A DNA stretch of 64,000 bases from NCBI GenBank assembly GCA_965248925.1, contig CBDFLE010000004.1:96001-160000 (forward strand), given 5' to 3'. The notes below the pieces were generated by a model. It had not been told where the DNA came from, did no database searches, and saw only the letters and a list, made by a program, of their open reading frames with translations. Below, piece after piece: positions 1 through 10,317 of the stretch. The DNA is from Candidatus Multivoradales bacterium. GTDB taxonomy: Bacteria; Acidobacteriota; Thermoanaerobaculia; Multivoradales; J023. A program made the position numbers and the translations under genes. Numbering within the stretch: position 1 is the first letter of the stretch; every line of letters begins with the position of its first letter.

Positions 1-738
1 GAGCAGCTTGAGACGGCGGCGGATCACTGGCCGCTGACCGTGGGCTGGATTGACACCTTGAAACAGGGTCGGGCAATGGGTCGCGGCATCTTGATTCGTG
101 GCCGCTGGGCGGCTGCCGAGGAAGCTCCTTCAGAGCCGCCGACAGCCCGTCGAGGAACCCTGCCGGTGCCGTTTGTGCTGCCCGGTTGGTTGCTCAATCG
201 GGTCAGTGTGGGCCTGTTTAATTTTGCCTATTACCACAAGCATTGGCGCCGTCAGCAGAGGGGGATCGCCCATCCACAATCCTTTTTTCATCCCCTCGAC
301 GGGATTGCCGAATGGAACAAAATCTACGGTCGGCGGGGATTCACTCAATACCAATGCTTGATTCCGCGCGCCGCCGGGGCGGCGGGTGTGCGGCGGATCT
401 TGCAGCTCTTGGCCAGTGCTGGCGGCACCTCCTTCCTGTCGGTGATCAAAGACTGCGGTGAGCGGGGCGAGGGCCTGCTCTCATTTCCCGGCCCGGGGAT
501 CACCCTGGCGGTCGATTTGCCGGTCACCGGCCGCACCCAAGATCTGATCGACCAGCTCGACAGGGCGCTGATCGCCGAAGGAGGCCGGATTTACTTGGCC
601 AAGGATGCCTTTACCCGGGCTGAGCACTACCGCGCCATGGAGCCACGGTTGGAGCGTTTTCAGGTGCTACGGCGACAGTGGGATCCTCATCAGCGATTGG
701 CCAGCGCCTTATCGGTACGATTGTTGGGAGACCGCTAA
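1..738 (+). CDS. FAD-linked oxidoreductase, DprE1-like (decaprenylphosphoryl-ribose oxidase family), 5' end outside window
   Basis: Frame is open from base 1. Motifs FFHPLD, WNKIYGRRGFTQYQ, SFLSVIK, LSFP..G.TLAVD and GGRIYLAKDA are typical of DprE1-like C-termini. Confidence 0.85.
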   Translation, partial: EQLETAADHWPLTVGWIDTLKQGRAMGRGILIRGRWAAAEEAPSEPPTARRGTLPVPFVLPGWLLNRVSVGLFNFAYYHKHWRRQQRGIAHPQSFFHPLDGIAEWNKIYGRRGFTQYQCLIPRAAGAAGVRRILQLLASAGGTSFLSVIKDCGERGEGLLSFPGPGITLAVDLPVTGRTQDLIDQLDRALIAEGGRIYLAKDAFTRAEHYRAMEPRLERFQVLRRQWDPHQRLASALSVRLLGDR

Positions 739-1478
739 TGAAAGTCGTTTTTCTGGGGGCCACCCGTGGCATCGGCCGAGCCATGGCGCGGCAGATGGCC
801 GAGCGTGGCGACTCCTTGGTTTTGCTCGGCCGCGACCTGGAAGAGCTGCGGCGTAGCGCCGCCGACCTTGAGGTTCGCGGACCAGCAAAGGCTGTAGTAA
901 CGGTGGTCAGTTGCGACCTCGAGCAGCCCGAAACCCTCGGTCCAGCCCTGGCGCGGGCCGCGGAGCTGCTCGCAGGGTTCGATACGGTGGTTTGCACCGC
1001 CGGCATCTTCGCTACCCAAGAAAAACTCGAAACCGATCCGGCGGCCAGCGGCCGCCTGCTGCGGGTTAATCTCGCCCACAGCGTCCAATTTGCTGAAGAA
1101 GCGCGATTGCGCCTACTGGCGGCGGGGGGCGGCACATTGTGCATGTTCGCCTCGGTGGCGGGTGATCGAGGCCGCAAGCCAGTGGTGATCTACGGCGCTT
1201 CTAAAGCTGGCCTGGCGGCCTATCTCGAAGGGCTCGATCACCGTTACCACGCCCAGGGGCTGCGGGTAGTTTGCATCAAACCAGGTTTCGTTCACACCTC
1301 GATGACCGCTGGCTTGGTGGCACCGCCCTTCGCCGGTCAGCCCGAGAAAGTCGCCGCCGATGCTCTGCGGGCGATCGACCGCGGCCGACCGGTGCTCTAC
1401 ACCCCCTGGCCTTGGCGCTGGGTGATGGCGGTTATCCGCCGCTTGCCGCGGGTGGTGATGCGGCGGGTGGGATTCTGA
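738..1478 (+). CDS. Short-chain dehydrogenase/reductase, DprE2-like
   Basis: ATG overlaps the upstream stop (TAATG at 736-740). Rossmann GATRGIG, SVAGDRGR and YGASKAG (YxxxK) motifs; coupled to the DprE1-like gene. Confidence 0.85.
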   Translation: MKVVFLGATRGIGRAMARQMAERGDSLVLLGRDLEELRRSAADLEVRGPAKAVVTVVSCDLEQPETLGPALARAAELLAGFDTVVCTAGIFATQEKLETDPAASGRLLRVNLAHSVQFAEEARLRLLAAGGGTLCMFASVAGDRGRKPVVIYGASKAGLAAYLEGLDHRYHAQGLRVVCIKPGFVHTSMTAGLVAPPFAGQPEKVAADALRAIDRGRPVLYTPWPWRWVMAVIRRLPRVVMRRVGF

Positions 1479-1545
1479 AGTCTAGCGACTCCTGGATGCC
1501 CGCCAACTGGGTCGGCTGATCGGCCTGCCGAGGAATCTCGTTGGG

Positions 1546-3231
1546 TCAGCCGGATGGGCCTGGGTAGGTGAACAGCGGGTGGCTGTCGGAGGGCGGCAAC
1601 TCTCGGCAGTGATCGGTCAGCGCCGCGGTACCTACGAGGTGCCAGCGGCGGCGGTGTCGGAGTCCAACCAGGAGGCTATGAGTCGGGTCGAAGCAGGGCT
1701 CGAGGTAACGCCGCGGCACCAGCACCCGGCGATCGGTCGCCGAGCCGAGCCAAGCTGCTGCCTGCCGGGTCTGCTGCTCTGCTTCGGTGTGGAAGCCGAA
1801 GTGGGTCACCGGACGATCGGCGAATAGTGCCAGCTGCTCAGGCCAGGTGACTAGGGCAAGTTCAGTGGTCGAGGTGAGGATTTCACCGACCCTTGCCATG
1901 AAGGGTGCCGCGGAGCGGGTGGGGTTGATCAGTGGGTAGCCAACCCAGCCATAGAGGAGCCAGCTGCTGCACAGAAAACCGACCACCCCGAGCACTCGGC
2001 AGTGGACGGTGAGCAACCAGGTGGCGCCGCAGAGCAGCAGCAGCAGGGCTAACCACCAGCTGCTGGCGCCGAGCTGCTGCTCTACTTCGGTCCAGGAAGC
2101 GGGAAGGGCCCAGCGCGCCGCCACCACCAAAGCAAGAAATACTGTCAGGGAAACAAGGAAGATCTTGGCAAGTTGCTGAACCCTAGCTAGCGAGCGCATC
2201 TCGGCCAACCAGGGTGCCGTTACCAATGCCAGGGCAGGCACCGCCGGCAGCAGATAAACCCCACGTTTGCCAGCGCTGAAGCTGAAGAAAACCACCAGCA
2301 GGGCGATCCAACCGAGCAATAACAGTGTGGTCGGGTTCTGCTGGCGAAGACTCTTCGCCCAGCGCCTAATCAGCCATGGCAACAGCAGAATGGTCGGTAG
2401 CCAGAGCAAGGGAATGCGGGTCAGATAGAACCACGGGGGGTGGATGTGTCCCCAGGACTGGGCATAGCGTTCGGCGGTCTGGTGCCACAAGATATTGGCG
2501 CGGTAGGCGTCATAGGCGGGACTCTGCTGCGTCTCTACGACCCACCACATCGGAACTAGCCAGAGGGCGATGGCTACGAAGGTGAATGCTGGCGCCAGCA
2601 ACCAGCGCCAGTGGCCGTCTTCGATCTCTGCCAGGCCCGGCCAGCGTAGGAGGCGCGCCAGTAGGTAGGGCAGCAGTAGCAAGTAAGGCAGAAAGCCAAC
2701 CCCTTTAGTGATCACTCCGAGGCCCATGGCGAAGCCGGCCAGGGAGTATGCAGCCCAAGAAGGTCCGGCGAGCAAATGGCGAAGTAGTCCCCACAGAGCC
2801 AAAGTGGTCCAAAAGCAGAGTAAGGCGTCGATTTGGCCGGTGCGGGCTTGGACGGTGAATTGTGCGGTCAGCAACAAGATCCAGCCGGCAATCCAGCCGC
2901 TCTTGGCATTCCACAGCCTGGCGCCGAGATCCTTGATCAACAGCAGGGTTGCCATGGCGGCGAGCAGCGAGGGCAGCAAGTGCGCCCAGCGTAGTGAGCC
3001 GCTCAGGGCATAACCCACCGCCACGCTCCAGATGAAGATTGGCGGCTTGTCCGGGTAGGGTTCGCTTGCCCGGTGAGGGATCCACCACTGGCCGGTCTCC
3101 ACCATCTCTTTAGCGATCAGAGCGAAGCGCGGCTCGTCAGCCGGCCACGGATCCTTGAGGCCCAGACCAGCGCTGAGCACCAGCAGAGCGACCGGTAGCA
3201 GCAGGCGATAGGGGGCGACGGCCAGGGTCAT
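1546..3231 (-). CDS. ArnT/PMT-like (GT-C fold) polyprenyl-phosphate-sugar-dependent glycosyltransferase
   Basis: Motifs DEPRFALIAKEM, YPDKPP, TKGVG and KRGVYLLP; many hydrophobic segments. Confidence 0.9.
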   Translation of the reverse strand: MTLAVAPYRLLLPVALLVLSAGLGLKDPWPADEPRFALIAKEMVETGQWWIPHRASEPYPDKPPIFIWSVAVGYALSGSLRWAHLLPSLLAAMATLLLIKDLGARLWNAKSGWIAGWILLLTAQFTVQARTGQIDALLCFWTTLALWGLLRHLLAGPSWAAYSLAGFAMGLGVITKGVGFLPYLLLLPYLLARLLRWPGLAEIEDGHWRWLLAPAFTFVAIALWLVPMWWVVETQQSPAYDAYRANILWHQTAERYAQSWGHIHPPWFYLTRIPLLWLPTILLLPWLIRRWAKSLRQQNPTTLLLLGWIALLVVFFSFSAGKRGVYLLPAVPALALVTAPWLAEMRSLARVQQLAKIFLVSLTVFLALVVAARWALPASWTEVEQQLGASSWWLALLLLLCGATWLLTVHCRVLGVVGFLCSSWLLYGWVGYPLINPTRSAAPFMARVGEILTSTTELALVTWPEQLALFADRPVTHFGFHTEAEQQTRQAAAWLGSATDRRVLVPRRYLEPCFDPTHSLLVGLRHRRRWHLVGTAALTDHCRELPPSDSHPLFTYPGPSG

Positions 3232-3241
3232 GGGCCGTGGC

Positions 3242-4051
3242 TCAGGCGACAGCGTTTGGCGCCGACTCTGCTCGGTCTTGCAAGCGTGGTGGGGTCGCCC
3301 CTACTTCCAGGGCAGCGTAAGACTCGAGGGCCACATGTCGGGCCGCTAGCCAGCGAACGCCGAAGAGATCGGCCAGGCCACGCCAGAGCCGATTGCCGAC
3401 GCCGTACTTGCTGACGCCATGTATCCGCGGCCGGTGATTCACCGAAATCTCGAGTAGGCGGGCGCCGCGTAATTCCAGGATGCAGGGTAGAAAGCGGTGC
3501 AGACCATTGAAGCGTGGCAGATCTCGCAGCCAACTGGCGCGATAGGCCTTGAGCGAACAACCGACATCGTGAATCGAGTCGCCAGTAACCCATCGGCGGG
3601 CTCGATTGGCGATTCGCGAGGAGACTCGGCGGACCACGGAATCTTGGCGCCGAGCCCGCACTCCGGAGACCACGTCGTAGTCAGCCAGGGCATCTAGAAG
3701 CCGGGGAATGTCGGCCGGATCGTTCTGCAGGTCGGCATCCAGGCTGATGATTGATGCACCCCGAGAGGCTTGGAAGCCGGCCAGTAATGCCGCCGATTGG
3801 CCCAAGTTTTTTGGCGAGGCTAGCAGCCGAAGAGAGGGAAACTCGGCAGCCAAGCTGCGGAGTTCCCCGAGGCTGCCGTCGCTACTGCCGTCGTCGATCA
3901 AGACAATCTCGTAGGACCCAGCTTGGCTGCTGAGAGCAATCTCGATCTCGGTACACAGGGGACGCAAGTTGTCGAGTTCCTCGAATACCGGGACGACGAT
4001 CGACAGCCGCGGCAAGTTCGCAGGCTGGTCGTTGATGGGGGGTTGGAACAT
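3242..4051 (-). CDS. GT2 polyprenyl-phosphate glycosyltransferase (ArnC/DPM1-like)
   Basis: Motifs SIVVPVFEE, IDDGSSDGS, DADLQNDPAD, DVGCSLK and HRPRIHGVSKYG. ATG at 4051 has a GGAG RBS. Confidence 0.9.
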   Translation of the reverse strand: MFQPPINDQPANLPRLSIVVPVFEELDNLRPLCTEIEIALSSQAGSYEIVLIDDGSSDGSLGELRSLAAEFPSLRLLASPKNLGQSAALLAGFQASRGASIISLDADLQNDPADIPRLLDALADYDVVSGVRARRQDSVVRRVSSRIANRARRWVTGDSIHDVGCSLKAYRASWLRDLPRFNGLHRFLPCILELRGARLLEISVNHRPRIHGVSKYGVGNRLWRGLADLFGVRWLAARHVALESYAALEVGATPPRLQDRAESAPNAVA

Positions 4052-4068
4052 CAATGTCTCCAGACGGA

Positions 4069-5106
4069 TCACTGTCCTACAGCCTGATGTAGAGGAAGCA
4101 CGGTAGCCAGGGATGAGCCACGCTCTACCACCGGCGGTGGGTTGCGAAGCAGAGGCTGTTGATCGTGGTACCAGTGACAAAACCGCTGCAGGCCCTCGCC
4201 CAGACCTACTTCGGGCCGGTAGCCCAGCAGTCGCCGTGCCTTGAGGATGTCGGCGTGCGTCAGAGGAACATCCCCCGGCTGGTCGGTGCGCCGGTCGATG
4301 CGTGGAACGACCCCCAGAGCGTCTGCCAGCAAGCGCACCAATTCGGCCAGTGAGGTGGTCTCGGCACCCCCGAGATTGATGATCTCAAAGGGCGGAGCGA
4401 GTGCTAGCGCGGCGACGATGCCGCTGAGGATATCATCAATAAAAGTGTAGTCGCGGCGGCTGGAGCCATCGCCGAAGAGAGGTAGGGGTTCGCCTCGGGC
4501 CAGCAGCTTGGCGAAACTGTGGATCGCCATCTCGGGCCGTTGACGTGGCCCATAGACGGTGAAAAAGCGTAGGCAAGTGACCCGCATCCCATAGAGGTGG
4601 TGGTAGTTGAAGGCCAGCAGCTCGGCGGCGCGCTTGGAGGTGGCGTAGGGGCTGATCGGGTACTCGATCGGGTCCGTCTCGGTGAAGGGTGCCTTGGTCT
4701 GCAAGCCATAGACTGAAGACGACGAGCCAAGAATGAAGACTTTGGGGCCGTAGCGGCGGGCGGCTTCGAGTAGCCGCAGAGTGCCGCCACAGTTGACCTC
4801 CTGGTACAGCATTGGCTGCCTCAGGCTGGGCCGAACTCCGGCGCGGGCCGCCAAGTGGACGACGGCATCGAACTCACCGTGCGCAAACAGCTGGTCGACC
4901 CGCTGGGCGTCGCGAATATCGCCTTCGACCAGACGGAAATTACGCAGGTCGCTGACCGCTGCCAGGTTGCGTCTTTTGATCGCAGGATCGTAGAAATCAT
5001 CGAGGTTATCGAGCACGGTCACTCGATCGCCACTATCGAGCAGCCGTTCGACGAGGTGCGAGCCGATGAATCCGGCGCCGCCAGTGATCAGCACATGGCG
5101 ACTCAC
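4069..5106 (-). CDS. NAD-dependent nucleotide-sugar epimerase (UDP-glucuronate 4-epimerase-like)
   Basis: Motifs TGGAGFIGS, HLAARAGVRPS, SSSSVYG, YATSK, LRFFTVYGPRQRPEMA and QPGDV. Confidence 0.9.
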   Translation of the reverse strand: MSRHVLITGGAGFIGSHLVERLLDSGDRVTVLDNLDDFYDPAIKRRNLAAVSDLRNFRLVEGDIRDAQRVDQLFAHGEFDAVVHLAARAGVRPSLRQPMLYQEVNCGGTLRLLEAARRYGPKVFILGSSSSVYGLQTKAPFTETDPIEYPISPYATSKRAAELLAFNYHHLYGMRVTCLRFFTVYGPRQRPEMAIHSFAKLLARGEPLPLFGDGSSRRDYTFIDDILSGIVAALALAPPFEIINLGGAETTSLAELVRLLADALGVVPRIDRRTDQPGDVPLTHADILKARRLLGYRPEVGLGEGLQRFCHWYHDQQPLLRNPPPVVERGSSLATVLPLHQAVGQ

Positions 5107-5407
5107 TCGGGCAACCTCAGGTGGTACCGCCGAAGGTTGCTCGTCAGATAGACCTGCGTCTTCCAGCTGAGCGCGGTGGGATCTCGGGGCGGTGACTCAG
5201 GTACCGGCGATCTTGCTGCGACGGCTCTGCTCATACCGAAAGAGAGTCAGCAGGACGGCTTTCCCTTCGCTTTTCGCTTTGAAAATTGCAAATTTTGCCG
5301 GCGGCTGAAGGCAAGTGAGGCGCAGTCCGCTGAGCGACAGACTTGTTTCGGGGACTAGCGAGAGCCTGAAGGTCTACTGCCTCAGTCGGGCCTAAGCGGG
5401 CCGGCTC

Positions 5408-6484
5408 TCAGCTACCGAGTCGGCTGAGAACCTGATCGGTAAATGCCTCGGTAGAGAGGCTTGCTTGGCCCTCGGGGGTCAGATCGGCGGTCAGGTGGCC
5501 GGCGGTGAGGGTTGATTCGACCGCGGTCTCGATGCGGCGAGCAGGCTCTTCCAAGTCGAGGCTGTAGCGCAGTAGGAGGGCGGCGCTGAGGATGGCACCG
5601 GTGGGGTTGGCGATTCCCTGGCCGGCGATATCCGGCGCTGATCCATGGATCGGCTCGTAGAGTCCTCGCCGGTCGGCGCTCAAGCTGGCCGAGGGCAGGA
5701 CTCCCAGCGATCCCGCCAGCACCGCCGCGGCATCGCTCAAGATGTCGCCGAATAAATTGCCGGCGAGGATGACATCGAAGTCCGCCGGCCGGGTGAGCAG
5801 CTGCATGGCGCAGGAGTCGACCAAGCGATGTTCAAGCGTCACTTCGGGATATCGCTCAGCGACTTGATCGACGGTCCGCCGCCACAGGCGCATCGAAGCC
5901 AGCACATTGGCTTTGTCGACCGACACTAGATGGCGCCGTCGGCGTTGAGCGGCGGCGAAAGCGACGTGAGCCACCCTCTCGACTTCGGCCACCGAATACA
6001 CCATCGTGTCGTAAGCCTCGTCGCCGCCGCCTTGCTCTTGGCGAGGGCCAAAGTACAAGCCGCCGGTCAGTTCGCGGACAAAGAGGATGTCGACTCCTTC
6101 GAGCAGTTCAGCACGCAGCGGCGCTAGCGGCCGCAAGGCTTTGAGCACCGGCACTGGACGCAGGTTGGCGAACAGGCCGAAGTGCCGTCGTAAACGCAGC
6201 AACCCCTGCTCCGGGCGCACCGTTGCCGTTGGGTTGCTCCAGCACGGTCCGCCGACTGCGCCGAGCAGCATGGCGGCGGCGCGTTGGGCCAAGTCGATGG
6301 TGGCGGGGGGCAGGGGATCGCCTTCGAGGTCGATGGCGGTACCGCCGATCAGACCCTCTTCGAAGCGCAATTCACGACTTCCGCCGTGGGTGGCGGCGAT
6401 CAGCACTCTGCGGGCGGCGGCGGTGACCTCGGGGCCGACGCCGTCGCCGGGCAGGAGAGCGACCAGAGCGCGGTCTTTCATCAT
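5408..6484 (-). CDS. leuB: 3-isopropylmalate dehydrogenase
   Basis: Motifs LPGDGVGPEV, RELTGGLYFG, VDKANVL, NLFGDILSD and YEPIHGSAPDIAG. Confidence 0.97.
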   Translation of the reverse strand: MMKDRALVALLPGDGVGPEVTAAARRVLIAATHGGSRELRFEEGLIGGTAIDLEGDPLPPATIDLAQRAAAMLLGAVGGPCWSNPTATVRPEQGLLRLRRHFGLFANLRPVPVLKALRPLAPLRAELLEGVDILFVRELTGGLYFGPRQEQGGGDEAYDTMVYSVAEVERVAHVAFAAAQRRRRHLVSVDKANVLASMRLWRRTVDQVAERYPEVTLEHRLVDSCAMQLLTRPADFDVILAGNLFGDILSDAAAVLAGSLGVLPSASLSADRRGLYEPIHGSAPDIAGQGIANPTGAILSAALLLRYSLDLEEPARRIETAVESTLTAGHLTADLTPEGQASLSTEAFTDQVLSRLGS

Positions 6485-7095
6485 CCTGCACTGCCGATCT
6501 GCCGACTGTCGAAGGTCGGTGGATGGCTGGCCTCATAGGCTTCGAGAGCCTTCTGCTGGCGTAGCAAGTAGCCCAACTGATCGACCCCATCAAGCAGACA
6601 GCGGCGAGCGAAGGGATCGACCTCGAAGGCCACCGGCTCGCCGCCGGGCAGATGCCACAGGCAACTCTCGAGATCGATGCTCACTTCGATCGCCGGCTTG
6701 GCCGCTACTGCGGCTTGCAATCTCTGCCAGGTGGTCTTGTCGGTCTCGATCGGCAGCAGCCCGTTCTTCAACGAGTTGCTGCGAAAAATATCGGCAAAGC
6801 GGGGACTGATGACGGCGCGAAAGCCGTGGTCTAGGAGCGCCCAGGGGGCATGTTCGCGTGAGCTGCCACAGCCGAAGTTCTCCCCTGCCAGCAGCACTTG
6901 CGAGCCCTGGTGTTGGTGCTGGTTGAGAACGAATTCCGGATCCTGCCGCCAGTGGGCGAAGAGGCCGGCAGCGAGTCCCTCGCGGGTGGTCGTCTTGAGG
7001 AAGCTTGCGGGGATGATTTGGTCAGTGTCGACATCGTTGGACGGCAGCGGTACCAGGCGGCTCTGGAGCTGGCTAAAACGGGGTGGTTGGCTCAT
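6481..7095 (-). CDS. leuD: 3-isopropylmalate dehydratase small subunit
   Basis: Motifs DVDTDQIIP, NFGCGSSREHAPWAL and FADIF..N..KNGLLP. TGATG coupling with leuC. Confidence 0.97.
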   Translation of the reverse strand: MSQPPRFSQLQSRLVPLPSNDVDTDQIIPASFLKTTTREGLAAGLFAHWRQDPEFVLNQHQHQGSQVLLAGENFGCGSSREHAPWALLDHGFRAVISPRFADIFRSNSLKNGLLPIETDKTTWQRLQAAVAAKPAIEVSIDLESCLWHLPGGEPVAFEVDPFARRCLLDGVDQLGYLLRQQKALEAYEASHPPTFDSRQIGSAG

Positions 7096-8522
7096 CACAT
7101 AAGCTCCCGAGGATCGGCGATATGGCCAGCGATGGCGCTGGCGGCTGCGGTCAGCGGACTTGCTAGAATAGTACGCCCGCCGGCTCCTTGGCGACCTTCG
7201 AAGTTGCGGTTAGTGGTGCTGACGGCGAGCTGGCCAGCGGCCAGAGTATCGCCATTCATCGCCAGGCACATCGAGCAGCCGGCGGCCCGCCAATCGGCGC
7301 CGGCGGAGCGAAAGACCTGGTCCAGACCTTGCTCCTCGGCTTGACGTTTGACTTTGTCGGAGCCAGGTACCACCAGCATCTCCACTCCGGCGGCAACCTC
7401 GCGACCGTCGAGCAGCCGGGCGGCGGCTTGCAGATCGGAGAGGCGCGAGTTGGTGCAGCTGCCGAGGAACACCACGTCGACGGGACGGCCGAGTAGCGGT
7501 TCGCCGGGAACGACTCGCATGTAGCGCTGAGCCCGTTCGACCGCCTCGCGCTCGCCACCGCTGTATTCCTCGGGCCGTGGGACCCGAGCCGACACGCCAA
7601 TAGCGGTGCCCGGATGGGTGCCCCAAGTGACCATCGGTTCAATGTCGGCGGCGTCTAGGGTGACTCTTTGGTCATAGCTTGCTCCGGGATCGCTGACCAA
7701 GGCACGCCAGCGGGCGACGGCGGCCTCCCAAGCCGCGCCTTCAGGGACTAGCGGCCGACCTTGCAGATAGGCGAAGGTGGTTTCATCGGGGGCGATCATG
7801 CCGCTGCGCGCACCGCCTTCAATAGACATGTTGCAGACCGTCATGCGGCCGTCCATGTCGAGTTCACGGATCGCCTGGCCGGTGTATTCGATCGCCTGGC
7901 CGGTGCCGCCGTCGACGCCGATGTGAGCAATGATGGCGAGGATCAGATCCTTGGCGGTCACCCCTAGGCCGCGCTGGCCATCGAGGCGAATTTCCAGCGT
8001 TTTCGGCTGCCTTTGGAGCAGGCTTTGGGTAGCCAGCACATGGCCGACTTCGCTGGTGCCAATGCCGAAGGCCAACGCGCCGAAGGCACCGTGGGTGGAG
8101 GTGTGGCTGTCGCCGCAAACGATGGTCGCGCCGGGATGGGTCGCCCCCAGCTCAGGGCCGATGACGTGGACGATGCCCTGGCGGCGATCACCGAGGGCAA
8201 GCAGGGGGATGCCGTGGCGAGCACAGTTTTGCTCCAGCCGGTCGAGTTGAGCGTCGGCCGCCGGGTCGAGAACCCGCAAGCGCTGGCGATCGATTTCCGG
8301 CCGGGTCGGCGTCGAATGGTCCATAGTCGCCAAGGTGCAGTCGGGTCGGCGTACTTTCAGCCCACGTCGATCAAGTTCCGCAAAGGCTTGGGGCGAGGTC
8401 ACTTCATGCACCAAATGCAGATCGACCCACAGAGTTGCCGGCATGCCCGGTGCTGCCGCCTCAGCGACTAGATGACTGTGCCATATCTTGTCGAACAGCG
8501 TCCTTTTTGCCCTGGTGCTCAA
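7095..8522 (-). CDS. leuC: 3-isopropylmalate dehydratase large subunit
   Basis: Motifs [38 protein letters not shown] and [15 protein letters not shown] start with GAGGA RBS. Confidence 0.97.
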   Translation of the reverse strand: MSTRAKRTLFDKIWHSHLVAEAAAPGMPATLWVDLHLVHEVTSPQAFAELDRRGLKVRRPDCTLATMDHSTPTRPEIDRQRLRVLDPAADAQLDRLEQNCARHGIPLLALGDRRQGIVHVIGPELGATHPGATIVCGDSHTSTHGAFGALAFGIGTSEVGHVLATQSLLQRQPKTLEIRLDGQRGLGVTAKDLILAIIAHIGVDGGTGQAIEYTGQAIRELDMDGRMTVCNMSIEGGARSGMIAPDETTFAYLQGRPLVPEGAAWEAAVARWRALVSDPGASYDQRVTLDAADIEPMVTWGTHPGTAIGVSARVPRPEEYSGGEREAVERAQRYMRVVPGEPLLGRPVDVVFLGSCTNSRLSDLQAAARLLDGREVAAGVEMLVVPGSDKVKRQAEEQGLDQVFRSAGADWRAAGCSMCLAMNGDTLAAGQLAVSTTNRNFEGRQGAGGRTILASPLTAAASAIAGHIADPRELM

Positions 8523-8542
8523 AGGTCTTCCTCGTTTGCGCC

Positions 8543-10282
8543 TTAGATACCGGCGGTGTATTGAGGGTTGAAGGGCTCTTCTTCGAGGGTCGGATCGAGG
8601 CCCTTGGAGAGCCTAGCAGGCTGGCGCCCGCGGCCGTTGGCTGGTGCCTCTTGGGCCTCTCGTCCGCTTGTCGCCGCCAGGGCCGACGCCGCGACGGCGG
8701 CCTGCTGGGCCGCCGGATCTGCCGCCAACAAGCGGTTGGTTGCCGCCAAATAGGCTTTGGCGCTGGCGATTACCACGTCGGTGTGGGTGGCGTAGCCGTG
8801 GTAGGTGCGTTCAGCCGTGGCCTGGGCGGCGATCCGTACCGAGACCTGGCCGAGAGCGTCTTTGCCCTGGGTCACGTTGCGAATGCTGAAGTCGAGCAAC
8901 AAGTCTTGGCGGCCGAGGATCTTCTGTATCGCGCCGAACACCGCGTCCACCGAGCCCAACCCGGTGGCGGAGCCGACCCGTTCATCGCCGCCCGGTCCTT
9001 GCAAGCGCACGGTAGCGCTGGCGGCATGGCGACCACAGGCCAGGCGCAGGTCGAGTAGCTGGAACAGTTCCGGGGGCGCCGCGGCTTCTTCCAGCACCAG
9101 GGCGCGGAGATCAGCTTCGGTGACCACTTTCTTGCGTTCGGCCAGCGCCTTGAAGCGGCGAAAGGCCTCGGCCAGGGGCTCGTTTTCGAGCGCGATACCC
9201 ATGTCGCTCAAGCGCACTCGGAAAGCGTGCCGGCCACTGTGTTTGCCCAGCACCAACTCGCTACTCTCGCGGCCGACACTCTCGGGAGTCATGATCTCGT
9301 AGGTTCTTTGGTCTTTGAGCATGCCGTCTTGGTGGATACCAGCCTCATGGGCAAAGGCGTTGCGGCCGACGATCGCTTTGTTCGGCGGCACCGGCATGCC
9401 GGTGTACTGGCTCACCACCCGGCTAACCCGGGTGAGTTTGCGGGTATCGATACCGGTTTCCAGACCGAGCAGCGGGCGGCGGGTGGCCAGGGTCATAACG
9501 ATCTCTTCCAGGCTGGTGTTGCCGGCCCGTTCGCCGATGCCGTTGACCGTTACCTCGACCTGGCGCGCGCCGGCGCGGATCGCCGCCAAGCTGTTGGCGG
9601 TGGCCAAGCCGAGATCGTCGTGACAATGAGCCGAGAAGATCACCGACTCGGCGCCGGGGGTGTGGTGGATCAGATAGGCGAAGAGGGCGCCGTATTCGTC
9701 GGGCAAGGTGTAGCCGACGGTGTCGGGGATGTTCAGGGTGGTGGCGCCGGCCTGGATCGCCACGGTCAGCACCTGGACCAGGAATTCGCGGTCCGAGCGC
9801 CCGGCGTCCTCTGGGCTGAACTCTACATCGTCGCAGAAGCCCTTGGCGTAGCTCACCATCTCACTGACCCGGTCGACGACCTGAGCGCGACTGAGGCCGA
9901 GCTTCTTTTCCATATGCAGGTCGGAAGTGGCGAGAAAGGTGTGAATCCGTGGCCGCTCAGCGCCGCGCAGGGCCTCCCAGGCGCGTTCGATATCTCTTTT
10001 GACGGCCCGTGCCAGGCCGGCGATGATCGGGCCGTTGGCGTGGCCCAGGCGCCGCGCGATGCGCCGTACTGCCTCTTGATCGTCAGGGCTGGCGGCGGGA
10101 AAGCCGGCCTCGATTACATCGACTCCGAGATCGGCGATCTGGCTCGCCAGCAGCTGCTTTTCGTCGCTGGTCAAGCTGGCGCCCGGGCTTTGCTCGCCAT
10201 CGCGAAGGGTGGTGTCGAAAATCAGTACTCTATTGGCCATTGTTGACATAACGGTCGGTCGGTTGGTCACTGGGGTAAACAT
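8543..10282 (-). CDS. leuA: 2-isopropylmalate synthase
   Basis: Motifs [31 protein letters not shown] and HEAGIHQDG, plus the C-terminal regulatory domain. Start chosen at the ATG with a GAGGA RBS; 10249 and 10240 are alternatives. Confidence 0.95.
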   Translation of the reverse strand: MFTPVTNRPTVMSTMANRVLIFDTTLRDGEQSPGASLTSDEKQLLASQIADLGVDVIEAGFPAASPDDQEAVRRIARRLGHANGPIIAGLARAVKRDIERAWEALRGAERPRIHTFLATSDLHMEKKLGLSRAQVVDRVSEMVSYAKGFCDDVEFSPEDAGRSDREFLVQVLTVAIQAGATTLNIPDTVGYTLPDEYGALFAYLIHHTPGAESVIFSAHCHDDLGLATANSLAAIRAGARQVEVTVNGIGERAGNTSLEEIVMTLATRRPLLGLETGIDTRKLTRVSRVVSQYTGMPVPPNKAIVGRNAFAHEAGIHQDGMLKDQRTYEIMTPESVGRESSELVLGKHSGRHAFRVRLSDMGIALENEPLAEAFRRFKALAERKKVVTEADLRALVLEEAAAPPELFQLLDLRLACGRHAASATVRLQGPGGDERVGSATGLGSVDAVFGAIQKILGRQDLLLDFSIRNVTQGKDALGQVSVRIAAQATAERTYHGYATHTDVVIASAKAYLAATNRLLAADPAAQQAAVAASALAATSGREAQEAPANGRGRQPARLSKGLDPTLEEEPFNPQYTAGI

Positions 10283-10317
10283 CGGCCGTTCCTCTGCGAG
10301 CTGTCGTCGGCGTGCGG

